This document shows, piece after piece, positions 60,266 through 64,000 of a stretch of DNA of 64,000 nucleotides. The stretch is taken from positions 32,568-96,567 of the forward strand of contig CANQTM010000001.1 of NCBI GenBank assembly GCA_947626825.1, in the 5' to 3' direction. The notes beneath the pieces are model-generated. The model worked only from the letters and a program-made list of their open reading frames with translations. It searched no databases and had not been told where the DNA came from. This DNA is from an uncultured Bacilli bacterium (GTDB lineage Bacteria > Bacillota_I > Bacilli_A > RFN20 > CAG-631). How positions within the stretch are numbered: the stretch's first letter is position 1; every line of letters starts with the position of its first letter. The translations under genes were made by a program, and so were the position numbers.

Positions 60266-60876
60266 GTGATAAATAATCACTTAACGATTATATAAATCTA
60301 TATCAATACCGCATTTAGGAGGCAAACTATCACTAAGATTCCAAAACGTTTTATCAAATGTAGCGTTAATTTTTGTATAAGTTTGTGATTCATTGAATGG
60401 AAAATAAATAATCATTTCGTCTTCAAATTCAGGTATATCATAATAACTAATTGGAAAGACGCCCTCAGACCAAGATTGCATATATTCACCATTTGCAAAA
60501 ATATGATCAACACCACGAATATATGCTATAACTAAATTATAATTACAGTTTTCAGATTCAGATAAGTTGTTAATTAATTTTATTTCAAATCCTTTACTAT
60601 TAATAGATATAAACTCTACATCATAAGAAAAATCATATTCAAGATAATCATATTCACTATTGTTGACTTCCCATCTATCTCCAGGTGAATATTTTATAAC
60701 TTTTTCACCATTTGAACATGATATAAGAGGAATAGTCAAAGAAAGAATCATTATTTTTTTTAACATCTTCATTTCCTCCTTTGTTGTCATCATTATATCA
60801 TATTAAATGTTTATTGACAATTTATACAATTCACGATATTGTTAAAAAAATTAACCTGCAATATATGGAATTGTCC
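60266..60876. repeat. ~611 bp duplicated segment, copy A (~85-90% identical to 62704..63317)
   Basis: Carries the lipoprotein gene, its TTGTCA-17-TGATATAAT promoter and RBS, and a remnant of the 3' end of an upstream gene. Confidence 0.9.
60281..60772 (-). CDS. Secreted lipoprotein of unknown function, copy A
   Basis: AAGGAGGAA RBS lies within the annotated MMTTKEE, so the true start is MKMLKK. Lipobox LISC. Confidence 0.6.
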   Translation of the reverse strand: MKMLKKIMILSLTIPLISCSNGEKVIKYSPGDRWEVNNSEYDYLEYDFSYDVEFISINSKGFEIKLINNLSESENCNYNLVIAYIRGVDHIFANGEYMQSWSEGVFPISYYDIPEFEDEMIIYFPFNESQTYTKINATFDKTFWNLSDSLPPKCGIDIDLYNR

Positions 60877-61052
60877 ATTTAGATTTTCTTAGTTAATTTA
60901 GATTTGGTGTCATTTATTTGCCATTTTCTCAATTAATTTTTTTAGTAGAAAATCTAATTTTTTAAATTATATATATATTGTCAAATTGATTTATATATTC
61001 ATATTTTGCAAATGTAAGGAATGTAAAACAAATTTAAAAATTATAATTAGCA

Positions 61053-61355
61053 TTAAATTTGCTCATCGCTAGTACTACTTTTTTTAAATATTTGTTTAAT
61101 AATTTGATTTGCACCTGTAGAACTTGCACCACTTACAATTCCAACACCTAATGCAAACCATACATTATCTGCATTTAATATCATTTTAGGAGCAGTAAAA
61201 TAAATTAAAACACCCAATATGCCCCCAATAACTGCAACTAATATTGGAATCAATTTGTATGCTTCTTGCTTCTTTTTAAATAAAATCTTGTAAATTTCTC
61301 CTATGATATAGCAACATACAACTATAATAGGAACACATGTAAAATTCATCATCAA
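61053..61355 (-). CDS. Phage-type holin (phiLC3/A118 Hol-like, class with GxxxG-rich second TM helix)
   Basis: Three hydrophobic helices. LIPILVAVIGGILGVL...VGIVSGASSTGANQIIKQIFKK resembles the A118/phiLC3 holin family, recalled from memory. Confidence 0.45.
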   Translation of the reverse strand: MMMNFTCVPIIVVCCYIIGEIYKILFKKKQEAYKLIPILVAVIGGILGVLIYFTAPKMILNADNVWFALGVGIVSGASSTGANQIIKQIFKKSSTSDEQI

Positions 61356-61400
61356 TTAACCTCCTTCTTAAAATGAATTTTTAGTAATTTAAAATTTTAA

Positions 61401-61706
61401 TTATGTATTATCTAGTTTATACATGTCATCAACTCGTTTCGTAACATTAACTACTGACTCTTCAACTTTTGCAAGACGCTCAGCAATATTACGATCACGC
61501 TCATCTACTTTATTTAAGTTTTTTTCAACTCGATCTACACATGCTTTGATATAACCAATATCTGAAAACATCACCCCTTCTGTTTTACCATCAGTTCTTT
61601 GTTCTTGCTTATCGCTTCTTTTAAATGCTAAATAAGCAAATACAATACTTGAAATAGATGCAAAGAAACCTACTAAAATAACAATTAATTCAAAAGTCAT
61701 AACCAT
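61401..61706 (-). CDS. BhlA/UviB-like holin-like protein (N-terminal TM helix + charged coiled-coil tail)
   Basis: Architecture match: a TM helix at residues 4-27 followed by a Lys/Glu/Asp/Arg-rich helix. Confidence 0.4.
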   Translation of the reverse strand: MVMTFELIVILVGFFASISSIVFAYLAFKRSDKQEQRTDGKTEGVMFSDIGYIKACVDRVEKNLNKVDERDRNIAERLAKVEESVVNVTKRVDDMYKLDNT

Positions 61707-61865
61707 CAGCTCCTTAATCTTTTTGTTAAGAAATTTATTTCTTCATAAATAAGGAAACGAAAAGTTCAAAAGTACATGGTTTATTTTTAACTTTTTATTT
61801 TAATAAATAACATTAAAACAAAAAAATGTTAACGCCTTTTGGGCATTAACACTTTTAAAAAATTA

Positions 61866-62684
61866 TTAAAATATTTTATATGTTTTTGTTATATCATGTG
61901 ATTCGATGAAATCATTATATTCCACAATATCACAAGATCTATGAAATGCATTTAAAATTATTGATGCTATGTATTTTTTACTTTCATTTATTGTTTTAAA
62001 TGAAATAGGATTGTTAAATAATACCACGAGATCTACGTCGCTATTTTTGTGATATTCATTTTTATACATAGAACCAAACAAGAACATTGATTTAATTTCT
62101 TTTTCTACTAATTCATCTTTTTTACTTTGAAGTAAATTTATTATTTCTTCTTTTAAATTATGGTTATTTTCATTATTATTGATAAATAATGTATTAAAAT
62201 AACTATATAAAAAATATATACGAGAATTAACATTTTTTATTGTTTGATAAACTTCATACAAATTTGCTGGTGGTACACACGGATAATTGTATTGTCTTGT
62301 CAAATATATAGTCAATAGTAGAAAAAACAAATAACTTTCAGATGATGCCATTTCTTTAAATTTTATTAGATATCTATCTAACCATTCAAACACACGAATT
62401 CCTGGTTTTATTCTTTCAATTATTAAGTCAAGATTTACAATCTTCTTGTCATATATCATTTCAAAACATCTTTTATATTCTAATTCATTAGAATTAATTG
62501 GTAATGAATATATCATTTGGAACAATTTAAAATAATTTAATATTTCCTGATTAAAATTTGTATCGTTATTTTGTATTCTAAAAGTAATTTTCTTTATATC
62601 ATCGTATTTATGAACACCATAATAATTGTCATAAAATGATGATATTACTTTGCAAGGAAACGTTGAAGTATATGTTGTATCCAT
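61866..62684 (-). CDS. Protein with a C-terminal minimal nucleotidyltransferase (Pol-beta superfamily) domain and an N-terminal uncharacterised helical domain
   Basis: FLFGSMYKNEYHKNSDVDLVVLF fits the GS-x(9-13)-DhD NTase motif. Confidence 0.5.
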   Translation of the reverse strand: MDTTYTSTFPCKVISSFYDNYYGVHKYDDIKKITFRIQNNDTNFNQEILNYFKLFQMIYSLPINSNELEYKRCFEMIYDKKIVNLDLIIERIKPGIRVFEWLDRYLIKFKEMASSESYLFFLLLTIYLTRQYNYPCVPPANLYEVYQTIKNVNSRIYFLYSYFNTLFINNNENNHNLKEEIINLLQSKKDELVEKEIKSMFLFGSMYKNEYHKNSDVDLVVLFNNPISFKTINESKKYIASIILNAFHRSCDIVEYNDFIESHDITKTYKIF

Positions 62685-62703
62685 TTTTACTCCAAAAAAA
62701 TAA

Positions 62704-63317
62704 GTTATAAAATAATCACTTAATGATCGTATAAATCTATATCAATACCGCATTTAGGAGGCTCACTATCACTAGGATTCCAAAACAAATTATCAAATGT
62801 AGCGTTAATTTTTGTATAAGTTTGTGATTCATTGAATGGAAAATAAATAATCATTTCGTCTTCAAATTCAGGTATATCATAGTTGGGTCTTGGAAAGATC
62901 ATGCCTTCAGTATGAAATTGTATAAATTCACCATTGGCAAAAATATAATCCACTTCACGAATAGATGCTATAACTAAATTATAATTACAGTTTTCAGATT
63001 CAGATAAGTTGTTAATTAATTTTATTTCAAATCCTTCACTATCAATAGATATAAATTCTACATCATAAGAAAAATCATATTCAAGATCATCATATTCACT
63101 ATTGTTGACTTCCCACCTATCTCCAGGTGAATGTTTTATAACTTCTTTACCATTTGAACACGATATAAGAGAAATAGTCAAAGAAAGAATCATTATTTTT
63201 TTTAACATCTTCATTTCCTCCTTCGTTGTCATCATTATATCATATTAAATGTTTATTGACAATTTATACAATTCACGATATTGTTAAAAAAATTTACCTG
63301 CAATATATGAAATTGTT
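62704..63317. repeat. ~614 bp duplicated segment, copy B
   Basis: See copy A. Confidence 0.9.
62720..63214 (-). CDS. Secreted lipoprotein of unknown function, copy B
   Basis: Same promoter, RBS and signal peptide as copy A. Mature part ~85% identical. Confidence 0.6.
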   Translation of the reverse strand: MKMLKKIMILSLTISLISCSNGKEVIKHSPGDRWEVNNSEYDDLEYDFSYDVEFISIDSEGFEIKLINNLSESENCNYNLVIASIREVDYIFANGEFIQFHTEGMIFPRPNYDIPEFEDEMIIYFPFNESQTYTKINATFDNLFWNPSDSEPPKCGIDIDLYDH

Positions 63318-64000
63318 TCATTACACTTTATAACATTTCCATGACTATAATTACTTTTATAAACATTATAATATTGAGCATTATTAGGATCCTCTATTGC
63401 CTCATCATAAATACCATTTATAATGTCGTTCATAATAGGATAGTTTGTTAATTCGAATTCCATTTTGTCATTATGAATCCATGAATCTATCAAATCTTCT
63501 AATACTTGCAAACCAGTAACTAATAAAGCAGATTCTAAGTTGAAAGATGGCAAGCAACAATTTTTATAACAAGTTTTATATGTTCCATATTGGTAATAAC
63601 AATTTCCGCACATAAATTGTTTTGAGTTATAACATTCTAAGGACCTATCTGTTATACCAACAATTTTAGCGTTTTCAATATCGGTTTGTTCACCAATTGA
63701 AACTAATCCATCAAATGGATATTTATAAATACTATTTGGAATATATACACCATTATAATCACAATAACCAGGAATTACCTTGAACAAATGTCCTGAAACA
63801 CTTGAAATTACTGTTAAGTTAGGTCTATTTGATAATTTATTCCATCGTCCTTTAACATCATCGAAATAATCAGATTTAGCTAAGATCTCAACACATTCCT
63901 TATATTTTTTGGCAGTTCCTGGTTTGTCTTGAATTACTTCATACAAATCTGTTCCAAAAATTTTTGTAAGTACATTTACATTGATTAATTTTTTTGCCAA
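63284..64000 (-). CDS. Cys-rich hypothetical protein, N-terminally truncated by window end
   Basis: Open frame runs to nt 64000. Cys cluster CYNSKQFMCGNCYYQYGTYKTCYKNCC. Its last eight codons are duplicated upstream of lipoprotein copy A. Confidence 0.4.
   Translation of the reverse strand: MAKKLINVNVLTKIFGTDLYEVIQDKPGTAKKYKECVEILAKSDYFDDVKGRWNKLSNRPNLTVISSVSGHLFKVIPGYCDYNGVYIPNSIYKYPFDGLVSIGEQTDIENAKIVGITDRSLECYNSKQFMCGNCYYQYGTYKTCYKNCCLPSFNLESALLVTGLQVLEDLIDSWIHNDKMEFELTNYPIMNDIINGIYDEAIEDPNNAQYYNVYKSNYSHGNVIKCNETISYIAGKFF

Noticed and set aside
1-64000. Alternative genetic code (UGA=Trp, Mollicutes-like) considered because of very low GC.
   Set aside because: Long housekeeping genes (IF-2, RNase J, ComEC, acetate kinase) are intact under the standard code. 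rbfA and the exonuclease gene terminate at TGA where homologs end. Standard code 11 fits.
1-64000. CRISPR arrays, rRNA operons, IS elements and integrases.
   Set aside because: No regularly spaced short direct repeats, no rRNA-like conserved stretches, and no transposase, integrase or recombinase ORFs were seen. The only repeats are the 126-bp pair and the 611-bp pair described above.

Overview
This is a low-GC (about 28-30% GC) Firmicutes-like chromosomal window using the standard genetic code: long genes containing TGA-free frames are intact, and rbfA ends in TGA. Gene order matches Bacilli/Erysipelotrichia housekeeping clusters: gdpP-rplI-dnaB(dnaC)-yycJ, comEA-comEC-holA, rimP-nusA-ylxR-ylxQ-infB-rbfA, and ackA-nrnA-rimO-hpf. 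The window opens with two tandem paralogous solute-binding-like lipoproteins. Other annotated genes include a GH36 alpha-galactosidase, ispE, uppP, two ABC ATPases (MsmK-like and ABC-F), greA, a CarD-like regulator, tRNA-Ser(CGA), pyrG overlapping a type III glutamine synthetase, tldD/pmbA, nagA, rlmH, alr, maf, RNase J and two tandem CNNM/CorC proteins. Three regions look accessory. (1) 38.1-42.5 kb holds a Cys-less pseudo-EIIB(Glc) domain protein, an SGNH hydrolase, an orphan fused Wzz/BY-tyrosine-kinase, a tandem-CPCC zinc-ribbon gene broken at a G6 homopolymer, and a ~126 bp near-identical direct repeat flanking the CPCC cassette. (2) A MazF/PemK-like domain protein with an N-terminal extension is wedged inside the rimO-hpf operon. 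(3) 58.7-64 kb is the most unusual region and is my candidate for an undescribed secreted Cys-rich toxin/bacteriocin-release-and-immunity locus. It carries two thioredoxin-like extracytoplasmic CxxC paralogs, a ~611 bp duplication of a lipoprotein gene that includes its promoter and the last codons of its upstream neighbour, a phiLC3/A118-type holin plus a BhlA/UviB-like holin-like gene with no phage context, a protein with a C-terminal minimal nucleotidyltransferase domain, and a truncated Cys-rich ORF. No rRNA, CRISPR or IS element was seen.
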